Both the position numbers and the translations under genes were made by a program. Positions 63,595 to 64,000 of a stretch of 64,000 bases of DNA are shown in pieces. Each line of letters begins with the position of its first letter. Within the stretch, counting starts at the first letter, position 1. The notes under the pieces were generated by a model that did no database searches, was not told the DNA's origin, and worked only from the letters and a program-made list of their open reading frames with translations. The DNA comes from Pelomyxa schiedti (Eukaryota > Protista > Evosea), in assembly GCA_020536535.1 (NCBI GenBank), contig JAHLWZ010000150.1:7477-71476 (forward strand). The letters run 5' to 3'.

Positions 63595-64000
63595 ATCTTG
63601 GATCTTGGGGTAACAGCCACCACCGCGTGACCCGCATCACCTCCAATAAAACAACTTTGTGATTTGCATCAAAATTAAACATGAACATGGGTGAACAATA
63701 AAATGCGAAAAGAGGGATCTTGTACAGCGGACAGGGACGCGGGTTTGGTTGATGTCCAGGTTGATGTCCTGGTCGATGTGTATGCACCTACATCTCTGAT
63801 ATCAGGCTCATTCTGACCCAAGATCCGATACAACAAAATAAAATAAAACACCAAAGCGATGCGGGGCTGTCGTTTGTCGGTGGGGCTCCCTTTTTATATT
63901 TTCTGTGGGATCTTGCGTTACTGCTTTCTCTGAGAGTTTCTGGTTTCTCCTTTTCGCGAGGGTATTTGTTGGCATTGGGTCAGGTTTTCGCTCACTTCTC

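Noticed and set aside
1-64000. Prokaryotic operon, prophage, rRNA/tRNA or autonomous transposon
   Set aside because: Genes are interrupted by GT-AG introns; I recognised no integrase, transposase, RT, rRNA or cloverleaf sequence by eye (a tRNAscan/Infernal run would be definitive).

Overview
Eukaryotic, gene-dense nuclear DNA with many short GT-AG introns. The supplied ORF track shows only exon fragments, so I spliced the genes by eye and their ends are approximate. About 28 protein-coding genes are visible. I found no rRNA, tRNA, CRISPR array or clear transposon. An SHK-type kinase-SH2 protein, a PX/Niban-like protein and bacterial-type redox and cofactor genes that carry introns suggest an amoebozoan, possibly an anaerobic archamoeba such as Pelomyxa (inference only). 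Housekeeping genes: RluA-family pseudouridine synthase, SerRS, histone H2B, HID1, TFIIIC-beta, annexin, two RPB3 paralogues, SHQ1, gp78/AMFR and a GATA factor. The most notable items are: (1) a multi-intron CofE-family (F420-0:gamma-glutamyl ligase) gene in a eukaryote; (2) an F-box fused to a CYRI/FAM49 Rac-binding domain; (3) a duplicated RPB3; (4) two more unusual F-box architectures side by side; (5) a Crinkler-like nuclease-kinase gene; (6) a bacterial Tpx lacking its canonical resolving Cys. There are two 100-N assembly gaps, and one is flanked by an artefactual 121-bp duplication.
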